Shown in pieces: positions 46,218-56,984 of a stretch of DNA of 64,000 bases (position 1 is its first letter; each line of letters opens with the position of its first letter). Location: positions 248,001 to 312,000 of the IMG/VR virus record IMGVR_UViG_3300032236_002285. One strand, given 5' to 3'. The notes under the pieces are model-generated. The model did not search any database. It was not told where the DNA came from and saw nothing but the letters and a program-made list of their open reading frames with translations. The position numbers and the translations under genes were made by a program.

Positions 46218-47044
46218 TTATAGTAAAACTAATGGGTGGTATGGGTAACCAAATGTTTCAATACGCATTTGGTAGAGCGTTGTCCTTAAAATATAATACA
46301 CCATTAAAGATTGATTTATCATTCTTGAAAAACAGAAATATGGGTCCTGGCTTTATTTATCGTGATTATGATTTAAATCTTTTTAATGTATATGAGGATT
46401 TCAATGTTAATTATAATGGTGTTGCTGTTGCGAGTGAACCATTTTTTCATTATTCAAATGAGTTGGTTAATGCCATTGCTCAAGTAAAAGATAGAAATAT
46501 TTTAATTGATGGCTATTGGCAATCACCAAAATACTTTTTAGGATTAGACTCTCAAATTAGAAAAGATTTTGAATTTAAAAATAAAGTTGATGATAGTAAA
46601 GATGATAATATACTAAATATGGTTAATCTCATAACCAATTCAAACTCTGTTATGATAAACGTAAGAAGAACAGATTATCTAAATACAAATCATCATGGTG
46701 TTATGGGTTTAGAATATATTAATAATTCGGTTAATATTATTAAAAGTAAAGTAGAAAATCCTAAGTTTTTTATATTCTCTGATGATATTGATTGGTGTAA
46801 AAGTAATATAGTTTTAGATAATATGGTCATAGTTGATCACTCATATAAAGGTGATAGATTTTCATACTATTTACAATTAATGATGATGTGTAAAAACTTT
46901 ATTATACCCAATAGCACATTTGCTTGGTGGGCCGCTTGGTTGAATCAGTATGAAGATAAAATTGTAATAGCTCCTAAGAAGTGGCTAGCGAGTGATAAAA
47001 TAAATACAAATGATATAATACCAAGTGATTGGATAAGAATATAA
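46214..47044 (+). CDS. alpha-1,2-fucosyltransferase (GT11)
   Basis: GGMGNQMFQYA, GYWQS, NVRRTDY, FSDD, NSTFAWWAAWL. Confidence 0.88.
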   Translation: MIIVKLMGGMGNQMFQYAFGRALSLKYNTPLKIDLSFLKNRNMGPGFIYRDYDLNLFNVYEDFNVNYNGVAVASEPFFHYSNELVNAIAQVKDRNILIDGYWQSPKYFLGLDSQIRKDFEFKNKVDDSKDDNILNMVNLITNSNSVMINVRRTDYLNTNHHGVMGLEYINNSVNIIKSKVENPKFFIFSDDIDWCKSNIVLDNMVIVDHSYKGDRFSYYLQLMMMCKNFIIPNSTFAWWAAWLNQYEDKIVIAPKKWLASDKINTNDIIPSDWIRI

Positions 47045-47052
47045 AAATTAAA

Positions 47053-48045
47053 ATGAAAAAAATATTTATTACGGGTTGTGCCGGTTTACTGGGTGCTAAT
47101 TTTTCCAGATATCTACTAGATAAAGGATATTTTGTTGTAGGAGTTGATAACTTTTTTGGAGGTTATAAAGACTTTTTACCAAATCATGAAAACTTTAAAT
47201 TTTATGAAATTGATCTTTATGATAACAAATCAATATCAGAACTTTTTGAAAAATACGAATTTGATTGTGTATATCATTTTGCTGCTTATGCTGCAGAGGG
47301 GTTATCACCTTTCATAAGAAGATTTAATTATATAAACAATGTTGTTAACTCAATGTCAGTTATAAATGAATGTATTAATAGAGATATTAAAATTATATTC
47401 ACATCATCTATGGCTGTCTATGGTGGTCAAACTCCACCATTTGATGAGTCTATGCTTCCTAGCCCTGTTGACTCATATGGTATAGCTAAGTTTTCAGTTG
47501 AACAAGATTTAGCTTGTGGTGCTTCTCAATTTAATTTAAGATATAACATTATCAGACCTCATAATGTACTTGGTACTTATCAAAATATTTGGGATAAATA
47601 TAGAAATGTAATTGGTATTTTTATTAGACAATCATTGAATAATCAACCCATTACAATCTATGGTGATGGTCTTCAAACAAGAGCATTTTCTGATATTAAA
47701 TACTATATGAAACCATTTGAAATGTTAATTGATGGATTTGATGGAGAAACTTTTAATATAGGAGCAGACAAATACTATACAATTTTAGAGGTTGCTAATA
47801 AGGTTAAATCGATCGCGGATAAATATGGCTACAAAACAGACATTGTTCATCTTGAACCAAGACATGAAGTAAAACACGCTTATTGTGACCACACTAAAGC
47901 AAAAGATAAATTAAACTTTATTGATGATACAAATATTGATGTTTTAATTGAAGATATGTTTATTTGGGCAATGAAACAACCTAAAAGAGAAGTTAAAAAA
48001 ATTGAATATGAAGTAACTAATAAAATATATTCATATTGGAAATAA
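47053..48045 (+). CDS. NAD-dependent epimerase/dehydratase (GalE-like)
   Basis: ITGCAGLLG, TSSMAVYG, YGIAK (YxxxK), RAFSDI; start moved to ATG 47053. Confidence 0.88.
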   Translation: MKKIFITGCAGLLGANFSRYLLDKGYFVVGVDNFFGGYKDFLPNHENFKFYEIDLYDNKSISELFEKYEFDCVYHFAAYAAEGLSPFIRRFNYINNVVNSMSVINECINRDIKIIFTSSMAVYGGQTPPFDESMLPSPVDSYGIAKFSVEQDLACGASQFNLRYNIIRPHNVLGTYQNIWDKYRNVIGIFIRQSLNNQPITIYGDGLQTRAFSDIKYYMKPFEMLIDGFDGETFNIGADKYYTILEVANKVKSIADKYGYKTDIVHLEPRHEVKHAYCDHTKAKDKLNFIDDTNIDVLIEDMFIWAMKQPKREVKKIEYEVTNKIYSYWK

Positions 48046-48051
48046 ATTATT

Positions 48052-49503
48052 ATGATTAAAGAAAAAGATATAGTATTTGTAACAACTACTCTTTATACTA
48101 AGTGGTTGGGTTATCAAAAAAGAATAATTAAAGAATTATTTCCAGATAGTCATCATATAATAGTTGATGGTAGAAATAATTGGCCAAACTCTTGGTTTTA
48201 TTGGATAGATGAGGTTAAAAAGTGTGATCAGAAATACTACATTCACATTGATGAAGATTTTTTTATAACAAGTAAAGATGAACTTTTGAAGGTTATTGAA
48301 AAAATGGATTCAGAAAGTATAGATTTAATTGGTTGTCCAGATGGTCACCATCATTTTAGAGGAGCAAATCCAGTAGCTATCAATACATTTTTAATGTTTG
48401 GTAGAGTAGATGATATTAAAAGAATTAATACAGATTTAAAAAACATGAGATTTAATCTTACTTCTTTTGACGGTTCTACTTATTCGTGGCAAAATAGTTA
48501 TGGTATTAGGTTCAAAGAATCTTATAAATCTGATTTTAATTATCAATTTGATAAACAAGGTGGTTCAAACTTTATAAATGAGCATGAGCCTTACTATGCC
48601 TTTTTGTGGACAATGAAAGAACTGGGTTGTAAATTTGATTATTTGTTTCCTTACTTTGATGAGAGATTTAAATCAACTAATGCTAGATTAACTACAGACT
48701 CACCTGACATTGGTATACACATGTGGTATACTAGAAACTGGCACGAAACATTTGATGTTCATGGATTACCAAATCGTGAGAGATATGAAAGAGTTGAAAA
48801 GGTTTTATTAGATAATAAGAAAATAAATATTTATATCAATGTTGCTATTATTGGTAGTGTAAATTACATACTATCTGAATTATTAAATACTATATTCAAA
48901 AGTGGTTTATATTTTGCTTGTAATAAGATAGTGCTAATTTGTAATGGTGATTTTAATCAAATATCACTAAACTTAAATATTCCAAAAATTGAAATTGTTA
49001 AAGCAAATTCTGATATATCTAAATGTGAATTTCCTACATTAGATAGAATTTGGAATGATTGTCAACAAGAAGAACTAATAGTTTTATACTTACATACTAA
49101 AGGTGTTACTAAACCAGGTCAACAAACAATACAAGATTGGACAAACTTACTTTCTTATTTTAATATAGGAAAGTGGCAAGATAGGTTTTATGATTTAAAT
49201 GATTATGATTGTTCGGGTATAAATTTTGGAGGTAACAAAGAAGATATTAATGAAAATCCTGAAACTTGGGGATACGGTAAAGCACCTGTTCATTATAGTG
49301 GAAACTTCTGGTGGTCTAAATCATCTCATATTAAAAAGCTACCTAATCCTATAAGTTGGCTACCTGATAACAATTATAGAAAATGGAGAGTTATGGCTGA
49401 GATGTGGTTGTGTCAAATAGATGGTGATTACAAATCTGCATGGCAGTCAAATGTAAATCACTATAAACAAAATTACCCAAAAAATTTATATGAATCAAAT
49501 TAA
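48052..49503 (+). CDS. two-domain putative glycosyltransferase
   Basis: N-terminal HIDEDFF (DxD) domain; C-terminal LYLHTKG..HYSGNFWW..AEMW domain. Confidence 0.6.
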   Translation: MIKEKDIVFVTTTLYTKWLGYQKRIIKELFPDSHHIIVDGRNNWPNSWFYWIDEVKKCDQKYYIHIDEDFFITSKDELLKVIEKMDSESIDLIGCPDGHHHFRGANPVAINTFLMFGRVDDIKRINTDLKNMRFNLTSFDGSTYSWQNSYGIRFKESYKSDFNYQFDKQGGSNFINEHEPYYAFLWTMKELGCKFDYLFPYFDERFKSTNARLTTDSPDIGIHMWYTRNWHETFDVHGLPNRERYERVEKVLLDNKKINIYINVAIIGSVNYILSELLNTIFKSGLYFACNKIVLICNGDFNQISLNLNIPKIEIVKANSDISKCEFPTLDRIWNDCQQEELIVLYLHTKGVTKPGQQTIQDWTNLLSYFNIGKWQDRFYDLNDYDCSGINFGGNKEDINENPETWGYGKAPVHYSGNFWWSKSSHIKKLPNPISWLPDNNYRKWRVMAEMWLCQIDGDYKSAWQSNVNHYKQNYPKNLYESN

Positions 49504-49717
49504 AACAGGAGCTGGTGGTGAAATCTATTCAAATCCAGAAGCAGATAAATTAAGTGAGCACTACGGTATTGATATAGCTGATCAATTAACATCTATGTTA
49601 TCGGCTGAATTAGCCAAAAGTATTGATAGAGATATTCTAAGAAGTTTAGGTTTAGAACCAGATAGAAATAAAAGAAGGATAAATTCTATTAATAAGATAT
49701 TTAAAGACGTTGAATAA
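49490..49717 (+). CDS. 75-aa protein containing a T4 gp23 major-capsid-like helix
   Basis: EHYGIDIADQLTSMLSAELAKSIDRDILRSL resembles the gp23 HGLDAE.ELANILS.EI..EINREVVR segment. Confidence 0.45.
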   Translation: MNQIKTGAGGEIYSNPEADKLSEHYGIDIADQLTSMLSAELAKSIDRDILRSLGLEPDRNKRRINSINKIFKDVE

Positions 49718-50300
49718 TAGTTGGTAAAGAACCAAGTTCAAGTACTTTAGATTTATCCAATAAGAACTCAATATCATAAAAGTTAAAGTGAAATGTCATT
49801 GTAAATTCTTTAGCATTCACTTTTTGTTGTGAATAGTTAAATGTATTATCTGAAAGACCTTTAAGAACTATTTCATAGAATCTAATTACATAAATAGCGT
49901 CTCTGTGTATATCAACACAAGTAATTGTAAAAGGATTAACCCAAGCATTTTCAACATCTAAATAGTGTTTAGTTAAAATATCAAACATTAACCAATAGTT
50001 CAAATCAGCATCAACAGATCTAAATGTGACATTTAACTCATGAGTTGTTGTGATATCTTGAACATTTTTAGCTGGTTTGAATTCTCTAATTTTACCTCTC
50101 ATATTAGTTTGTTTAGGCATATCAAAACTAATTCCTGGAAAATTAACAGACTTAATAGTTGAGTTAATATAATCAATTACATTCTCATACTGAACCCAAT
50201 TTTTTTCTAATATTGGTGTATAAGTTTGAATAACATCATGTTCCACAAAATCACTTGGTAAGTTAAATATAAACTGACTCCCTTGACTACTTAATCTCAT
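49701..50300 (-). CDS. tail tube / tube-associated (T4 gp19/gp54-like) structural protein
   Basis: TIKSVNFPGISF..ELNVTF..LNYWLMF..FTITC..EFTMTFHFNFY pattern; size fits. Confidence 0.5.
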   Translation of the reverse strand: MRLSSQGSQFIFNLPSDFVEHDVIQTYTPILEKNWVQYENVIDYINSTIKSVNFPGISFDMPKQTNMRGKIREFKPAKNVQDITTTHELNVTFRSVDADLNYWLMFDILTKHYLDVENAWVNPFTITCVDIHRDAIYVIRFYEIVLKGLSDNTFNYSQQKVNAKEFTMTFHFNFYDIEFLLDKSKVLELGSLPTIIQRL

Positions 50301-50316
50301 TTATTATTGTTATTTT

Positions 50317-52206
50317 TTATCCAGTAAGACCTGTTGCTGATGTCGCTGATGATATTGCATTATTTGATAATACACCTGGTTTAGATACCGGTATAGACTC
50401 AGTTGTTATTGCTCTTCTAGTAACTACAGCAGTTTCTTTAGGTAAATTAGGATCTTTAATAATTGTTGGGTTAGCACTAGCCGCTTGATTCAATCCAGCA
50501 ACATTAGCAACATTATCATGTACTCTAAATAAACCAGTATAAATAACAGATGTGATATTTTGAACATAACTAGTAATATAAAAAACATTAATACCTGATT
50601 CGTAAATCTTTTTAAGATCAGGATATTTATTTTGTGTAACTTTAAAGGCTAATTGACCAATTGATAAGTCAATTGAACCAGATTCTGTATAAAGTGGAAA
50701 TTCAAAATATTTAGAATCCGTTTTGAATACCAACTTAATATCACCATAAGTAGTTAGATTCAAGTAGTTAGGTTTAAGAACATCACCATTAGCTATATAA
50801 AAATTAACAATATTATCAAATGGGTATAGAACAATAGTAATTTTACCATTTCCATAGAATGTTGTATTATTAAATAAAGCATTATCTGATTTACCAACAA
50901 TATTAGCTCTGTCTATTAAAACAGGGAATGGAACATTAACCGTTTCAACCTTTACATTATTAGTATTAGTGCTAGGAATAACTCTACCTGTTGATGCTTT
51001 ACTAACAGAGTTAGGTAAAGTTATCTGACCCATTGAGTTTGATAAACCTACTAATGAAGGATCAATATTAGATTTAATATTATAGATTTTTGGTTTATGA
51101 GCATTTGATAAATTAATCTTAGTTAGATTTAAAGCATATTTAGATACTTCATCTTGTAGCATACCATAAGAAGCTCTTCTAATAATATAAGAATCATCTA
51201 CAGCATCTATTAATCTCATTTCAACATCTATAATAGCTGTTGTAGTTGAATATTTAATAATCGGTCTATATTCAACGGTTTCATTAAAGTTTTCATTTTG
51301 AGTAACCGTTGTTGTTTTACCTCTAATATTTTGTTCATACATTGTTATATTATACTGAACATAATACCTATGACCAATATTATAAGACTCTTCTATAAAC
51401 TGGTTAAACCCACCAATTGTATCATTGTAAGTTCCGTATATTTCAAAGAAATCACCATTAGCTGAATGTGCTACAACCAAACCAAGTCTTTCAAATTCTG
51501 GAGTTTGTGGAAGAGTTGTTGTTACTTTAGATGCTAAAAGGTAGCTAGTTATACCATTTATTGTTTGTATATTATTTATAAAGTGAAAATCAATAAATAT
51601 TGGTGATGTTGAATTCATACCACCACCATTGGTAAGATTAGCATTTATACTATTCTCTTTTGGAAGATTATTGGTCTTTTGAGAAGCAATATCACTTAAA
51701 GCAGGTACTAAAATAGTTATATTTTTACCCCATTGTTTTTCTTGAAAAAGAAGTGGAGGTGTTGTAAAATTTAACAAGTATTGCTGACTAACATCAGTCA
51801 TATCAAAGTAAAAATTAGAAACATCAAATGTTCTTTGGTTTGAAACATCAAACCCATATACTTTAATATAAAAACCTAAATATTCACCAAATGTCCAGTT
51901 TATTGGAACGTGAATTTTAATAGTATCAAATCTAGTTGGGGTACCAGAAGCATACTCTTTTAATTGTAAAAATGAATAATAAGATGGATTTACTTTTGCG
52001 TATTTCTGACTTACTGAATCAACTCTAAATAATTGATTACCTAATGTGTTTGCAGTAACAGATGAGCTACCTGATATAAAAGATTGGCTTCTGTCTCTAG
52101 AATCTACCAAAACATCATAAGATTCACTTAATAAATTACCGTCATCATAAATGTATTCAAGTAAAATATTTTTATCTAGTTTTATAAATTTAGAAATTTT
52201 AGCCAT
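50317..52206 (-). CDS. putative structural protein
   Basis: 629 aa, beta-rich; late motif at 52227-52235; adjacent to the tube-like gene. Confidence 0.45.
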   Translation of the reverse strand: MAKISKFIKLDKNILLEYIYDDGNLLSESYDVLVDSRDRSQSFISGSSSVTANTLGNQLFRVDSVSQKYAKVNPSYYSFLQLKEYASGTPTRFDTIKIHVPINWTFGEYLGFYIKVYGFDVSNQRTFDVSNFYFDMTDVSQQYLLNFTTPPLLFQEKQWGKNITILVPALSDIASQKTNNLPKENSINANLTNGGGMNSTSPIFIDFHFINNIQTINGITSYLLASKVTTTLPQTPEFERLGLVVAHSANGDFFEIYGTYNDTIGGFNQFIEESYNIGHRYYVQYNITMYEQNIRGKTTTVTQNENFNETVEYRPIIKYSTTTAIIDVEMRLIDAVDDSYIIRRASYGMLQDEVSKYALNLTKINLSNAHKPKIYNIKSNIDPSLVGLSNSMGQITLPNSVSKASTGRVIPSTNTNNVKVETVNVPFPVLIDRANIVGKSDNALFNNTTFYGNGKITIVLYPFDNIVNFYIANGDVLKPNYLNLTTYGDIKLVFKTDSKYFEFPLYTESGSIDLSIGQLAFKVTQNKYPDLKKIYESGINVFYITSYVQNITSVIYTGLFRVHDNVANVAGLNQAASANPTIIKDPNLPKETAVVTRRAITTESIPVSKPGVLSNNAISSATSATGLTG

Positions 52207-52254
52207 CAGATAGATATCTTTTGGTTTATATATTAAAAAAGAAAACCTTTCTTA

Positions 52255-52668
52255 TTAAGAAAGGCCCTCTTTTATTAATCTATCTTTAACAGATTCTACT
52301 ATTTGATCTTCTGTTAGACTTGGATGGTTATCAACTATCTGTCGATATAATTCCATCTCTTCTTTGGCTAACTTTTCTATCTCTACATTTATTGGATTTA
52401 CAAGATTCTCCAATCTTTTTCCTTCTTCCTCAACTTCATCAATAATTTTAAGTAGTTTTTCAAAAACTTCTACTTGACTCATATTGTTGTTTTTCTTCTT
52501 TGCGCTTTCCTCAACTTCTTTATTAAAGTCATCAAGTTTCTTAACGGTTTCTTCTAATCTATCAGAAACCTGTAAAGCTCTTGCTCTGTAAAGATCTAAA
52601 TTATTTATTAGTTTCAAATAGGTTCTCCTAATAGAGATAGCCATCTGTAAGTATTTTTCATCTACCAT
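52255..52668 (-). CDS. hypothetical coiled-coil protein
   Basis: Heptad-rich 137-aa ORF. Confidence 0.6.
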   Translation of the reverse strand: MVDEKYLQMAISIRRTYLKLINNLDLYRARALQVSDRLEETVKKLDDFNKEVEESAKKKNNNMSQVEVFEKLLKIIDEVEEEGKRLENLVNPINVEIEKLAKEEMELYRQIVDNHPSLTEDQIVESVKDRLIKEGLS

Positions 52669-53555
52669 TATTTAGAAACTTCTTTTTTAGCTCTAGGTTT
52701 TCTAGTAGTTTTTGGTGCTTCAGTTTCAGTTTTATTAACTTGAGTAACTGAATCGGTTATTTGTGAATTTACATCTTTAACCACCTCAGCGCCATAAACC
52801 AATTCCTTAATCTTTTGTTTAATCATATCTTCAATAATTTGAGGATTTCTTAAAAGATTATCAGTAAATTCTGCTGCTAAGAAGTCAATTATACTTGTAT
52901 TATAAGAATCTTCCATCATCTCGATAAAGTCAGGACGTGGAATTTTATTTTTAATCTCAAGAGATATTGAAAAATCTTTAGATCTTTTAACATTCTTAAA
53001 CATAGTTATAATAGGATCTTCCTGAGCAATTGGTTGTTGAAATGTTTGAACTGGTCTAGAAACTGGTTGCTGAACTTGTTCAACTCTACTAACCTCAACC
53101 TTTTGAACTTCTTCAGATTCAGGATTTAATAATTTATTAAATGCTTCATTTTGTTTATTAACAGCATCTTGTGTATTGGTAGCACCATATTTTCTAGCTA
53201 ATTCAGCTCTTTCGTCTTCTTCAGTAGTCATTATTATAGCACTTTCATTCATTGCTGGTTTAGCAATGTTAGAATTAATACCATCGACATTTATCATAAC
53301 TTCTCCGGCATTTATATCATCTCTAATTTTATCCACAGGAATACTTTTAATTTTTTCAGCTAAGCTGTTATAAGCGCCTTGATTATTAAAAAAATTAGAA
53401 ACATCAATTTGTTCAGTATATAAATCAGGATTTAGAAGATTGGAAACTTTTTCTTTTCCTTTATTTTCAAGAATAGCAATATCTTCAAATGCGTCAATAA
53501 CTCTTATAGACTCACCAGTTCTGTTATTCTTAAATGTTTTATTACTAATGCTCAT
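52668..53555 (-). CDS. hypothetical protein
   Basis: 295-aa ORF coupled to the downstream gene. Confidence 0.6.
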   Translation of the reverse strand: MSISNKTFKNNRTGESIRVIDAFEDIAILENKGKEKVSNLLNPDLYTEQIDVSNFFNNQGAYNSLAEKIKSIPVDKIRDDINAGEVMINVDGINSNIAKPAMNESAIIMTTEEDERAELARKYGATNTQDAVNKQNEAFNKLLNPESEEVQKVEVSRVEQVQQPVSRPVQTFQQPIAQEDPIITMFKNVKRSKDFSISLEIKNKIPRPDFIEMMEDSYNTSIIDFLAAEFTDNLLRNPQIIEDMIKQKIKELVYGAEVVKDVNSQITDSVTQVNKTETEAPKTTRKPRAKKEVSK

Positions 53556-53601
53556 ATTGAAATATTATTTTTATTTTTATAGTATTTTTTATACTAAAAG
53601 T

Positions 53602-54270
53602 TTATTGAAAATCAACTCTGTCTTTTTTAATCACTCTATTTATGTATGAATTTAGTGGTTGTAAGTTTGTATAATGATTTAATTTTATTACATCATCTTC
53701 TGATTTAGCAGTTGATAGTGGTATTATATGATCAATATCCCAGAATGTTCCGTGGTTTTCCCAAGTCATTTCTGATGTAAATTTTTCTTCAATATAATTT
53801 TTGAAAAAAGTTACATCACAGCCTAAAATTTCAAATGTTTTTGATTTTTTTGTATAGTTTTTATTTTTGAATGCTTTTCTTATCATAGAGGATATTGAGA
53901 ATTTCAATTTAAATAAAGGATCTGATTTTCTTCTTTCTCTCTGATAGTTTGATTTATATTCTGTAATCTTCTCTTTATTTAACTTAGCGTGTTCGGATTT
54001 ATACTTTTTTATTTTTTCTTTGTTGTTTGTAGCATAATTCTTTTGATAATCCAACTTACTATCTCTGTTTGATTTATAGTTTTCTTTTAACCTTTCAAGA
54101 ATTTCATCTTTATTTGAGTCATAATAATTACTCATGTATTCTTTAATTTTTTCTGAGTTTTTCTGTCTATGATTTTTTTTATACTCAAACATGCATTTTT
54201 TACAAGAGTTTCTACCCCTAACAAAAAGATCTATTTCTTTTTCCTCTCCACATTTTATACACTTTTTCAT
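53602..54270 (-). CDS. HNH homing endonuclease
   Basis: N-terminal CxxC..CxxC; TWENHGTFWDIDHIIPL..NHYTNLQPL..N; start moved to ATG 54270. Confidence 0.85.
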   Translation of the reverse strand: MKKCIKCGEEKEIDLFVRGRNSCKKCMFEYKKNHRQKNSEKIKEYMSNYYDSNKDEILERLKENYKSNRDSKLDYQKNYATNNKEKIKKYKSEHAKLNKEKITEYKSNYQRERRKSDPLFKLKFSISSMIRKAFKNKNYTKKSKTFEILGCDVTFFKNYIEEKFTSEMTWENHGTFWDIDHIIPLSTAKSEDDVIKLNHYTNLQPLNSYINRVIKKDRVDFQ

Positions 54271-54341
54271 AAAGTATATATAAAAAAAATAAGGGTTCCT
54301 TGAAAAAAGAACCACTTATTTTTGATTGATTGACTTTTTGA

Positions 54342-55310
54342 TTATAAATCAGCAAAGAAATCATCTTCATCAGCTGAAGCACTTGTAGTTGCCGCTGGTT
54401 TACCAGAGAAGTTATCTTCAAAATCAAAATCATCAGATGATGGTTTTGCCTCTTGTTTAGGGTTAGAGAAAGAAGAAGAAGCTTTACCAGTTAAGAAGTT
54501 TGAAATCTCAGTGATTTTAGCTTGTTGCTCTTCAGTCAATTTCTTTGGAGCAAATTCTTCTAAATCGTGGTCACGGTCTAATAAGAAATCTTTGATTTTA
54601 CTTTGAACACCAGCTTCAATTTTACCATCGTTAAGAGGAGCATTTTTGAAAGCTTGTTTCTCTTTGAAATAAATTGGAAGAGAAGTTGTTTCTGGTTTGA
54701 ACATACTCATTTTGTAGTCAGGGTATGTTTCGTCACCTGTTTGGATTTCTTTAACAACTAATACAAAATCTTTACCAGCTGCTAAGTCAAATACGTTACA
54801 ACCTACACCAGAGATTTCACCATTCTTTTCAGCCATGATTTTATCTTTGATAGTTTTACCATATTGGAAGATTAAAATCTTACCAACTAATTCTGGTTGT
54901 TGTTCGTCTTCGATAACTAATACATAAGAGTAGTATTTCTTAGAGTACTTTAATTGCTTTGATTTTTCAATCAAAATCGCATTTTTTGAATTTTGCATTT
55001 GGTAATACAAATCAGTCAAAGGACACTTCTCGTTGAAGTTCTTTGGTGAATCAAACCAACCGCTTAATTCTTTAGGTTGTTTAATATCAACATAGTGAGT
55101 AATTTTCTCAATTGCTGATTGACCAACTTTACCTTCTTTGGTCAAGTTAGGAAGTAATCTTACTACAGATCTCCATCCTCTTTTTTTGTCTTTCACTTTT
55201 GAAAGATCTACACGATAAATACCATCGTTGTTGTTGTTTGCTTTCGCCTCATTAAGGAAGTCCATTTTGCTGTCTAAACCGCCATTAAATAAATCATCTA
55301 ATTCTGCCAT
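54342..55310 (-). CDS. single-stranded DNA-binding protein, T4 gp32-like
   Basis: VVRLLP, KCPLTD, KYYSYVLVIED..GKILIFQYGKTI, FDLAAGKDFVL, YPDY, acidic C-terminal tail DDFFADL. Confidence 0.85.
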   Translation of the reverse strand: MAELDDLFNGGLDSKMDFLNEAKANNNNDGIYRVDLSKVKDKKRGWRSVVRLLPNLTKEGKVGQSAIEKITHYVDIKQPKELSGWFDSPKNFNEKCPLTDLYYQMQNSKNAILIEKSKQLKYSKKYYSYVLVIEDEQQPELVGKILIFQYGKTIKDKIMAEKNGEISGVGCNVFDLAAGKDFVLVVKEIQTGDETYPDYKMSMFKPETTSLPIYFKEKQAFKNAPLNDGKIEAGVQSKIKDFLLDRDHDLEEFAPKKLTEEQQAKITEISNFLTGKASSSFSNPKQEAKPSSDDFDFEDNFSGKPAATTSASADEDDFFADL

Positions 55311-55528
55311 GATTGCTTTTTATTTTTTTTGTTTATCAAATACATTATTGTATCTGATTAATATTTATATTATAGGATTAAAAAAAGTTTTAAGATTGTT
55401 TGGAAGTGTGGTTAATATTTAATATATTATTGGAAATTTGAAAAAATTCCACACTTTTTATAGAAAAAAAATTATTAAAAGTTCAATAAAATCTTGAGAG
55501 ATCAATCATTAACATCGGTATCATCATA

Positions 55529-56104
55529 TTAAATGAAATAACCTTTTAAGAAATCAATTAATCTATTACCAACTTCAATTTTCTCTTCGTTTGGATTCCA
55601 CATTGGTCTTTCATAAGCCCAATTTGCCAAAACCTGAGCTTTTGTAAGATATTCTACAGCATCTTCTAAAATAGTAATAATTTGTTCTGGTTCAACATTT
55701 TCACCTTCCTCAATATGCTTTTTAAGATCTTCAACAGAATCATCAAATCCCATTTCAATAGTACCTATAATAGCTTGAAATGCTACTTGTAAGGCTTGCA
55801 TATTATATTCGGATTTAAGTTTCTCTAACTTGTTATCCATAACTAAAACTCTAAATTTAAATTGATCCTCATCTGATAAATCATACTTATCAACCATGTC
55901 TTCAATGATACTTAGAATATCTTCACCATCAGAGACTCTATACATAAACTCTTGTTTATTTGACTTTGGTAAAGCTTTAGCAAATTGCTCAGCTTGATAT
56001 CCAATATTATATTTATCGGGGTTAGCATTATATGATTTTATAGTTGATTTAAAATCATCAGATAATGATTCAATAAATAATTTAAAGTTTTTTATATTTT
56101 TCAT
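55529..56104 (-). CDS. hypothetical protein, MKNIKNFKLFIES tag family
   Basis: N-terminal tag. Confidence 0.6.
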   Translation of the reverse strand: MKNIKNFKLFIESLSDDFKSTIKSYNANPDKYNIGYQAEQFAKALPKSNKQEFMYRVSDGEDILSIIEDMVDKYDLSDEDQFKFRVLVMDNKLEKLKSEYNMQALQVAFQAIIGTIEMGFDDSVEDLKKHIEEGENVEPEQIITILEDAVEYLTKAQVLANWAYERPMWNPNEEKIEVGNRLIDFLKGYFI

Positions 56105-56889
56105 TTTGATTTAATTACTTTTATTCTTTCCAATTGATACTTCATAATATCAACTTCTTGATTCTGTTTTAAGAAATCAACTATTTTTTGATACATCTGT
56201 ATGGTAATCCTGCAGTCTGTAAGAGCATCGTGATAGTTTGTCATATTAATTCCAAGCGCTGGTCCTACTTTAGACATTGATGATGATATTAATCCACCAT
56301 CTCTATCAGATGTTCCAATAAAATTAATTATATCTTTATATTTAACATCAGTTTCAGCCAATGCTTGTAATAGTGGTAGGTAGTATAATTGAATTAACAT
56401 CTTAGTGTCAAATACTTCATTCTTAATTTTATGACCATATCTACCAGATAACATAGCCATATCAAAAGCAGCATTTTGTGCTATAAGTAAACAAGGTTCG
56501 TAATTACCAACCCAATCAAAGAACTGATCTAATATTTCTTGTTCATTTTTATATTTGAACTTACCGGAACCATAATGATTGAATCCTAAAACCCATTTAG
56601 TTTTATCACCAGGTTTACTAAATTTTGACTTAGTTTCATCAGTTAGTTTAATCTTCTCATCAAATAAACCTAATTCTTTGAATGTATTTGAATTAAAATT
56701 ATAATCAGTAGACAAACAAGATACTTGAGTTAATTGTTGTTTCTTAGGACCACCCAACCCAGTCGTCTCGGTATCTATGAACAACCACTTTAAATTAGAT
56801 TTTGACTCAATCCAATTGAGAATCTCTGGTATACTTTTATACCACATCTTATTCTCATTAATTAATTCACTATATTTTAATATTTTCAT
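56101..56889 (-). CDS. DEDDh 3'-5' exonuclease (DnaQ-like) with N-terminal tag
   Basis: FIDTETTG, AQNAAFD, HDALTDC; MKILKYSELINE; late motif at 56894-56902. Confidence 0.8.
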   Translation of the reverse strand: MKILKYSELINENKMWYKSIPEILNWIESKSNLKWLFIDTETTGLGGPKKQQLTQVSCLSTDYNFNSNTFKELGLFDEKIKLTDETKSKFSKPGDKTKWVLGFNHYGSGKFKYKNEQEILDQFFDWVGNYEPCLLIAQNAAFDMAMLSGRYGHKIKNEVFDTKMLIQLYYLPLLQALAETDVKYKDIINFIGTSDRDGGLISSSMSKVGPALGINMTNYHDALTDCRITIQMYQKIVDFLKQNQEVDIMKYQLERIKVIKSK

Positions 56890-56984
56890 AAACTATATAT
56901 TAAAACCTATACTATGTTTTTTATTTTGGGTTGATACAGAAAGACATTAAAAAATTAATATATAAGTAAAATAGAATTTTATAT

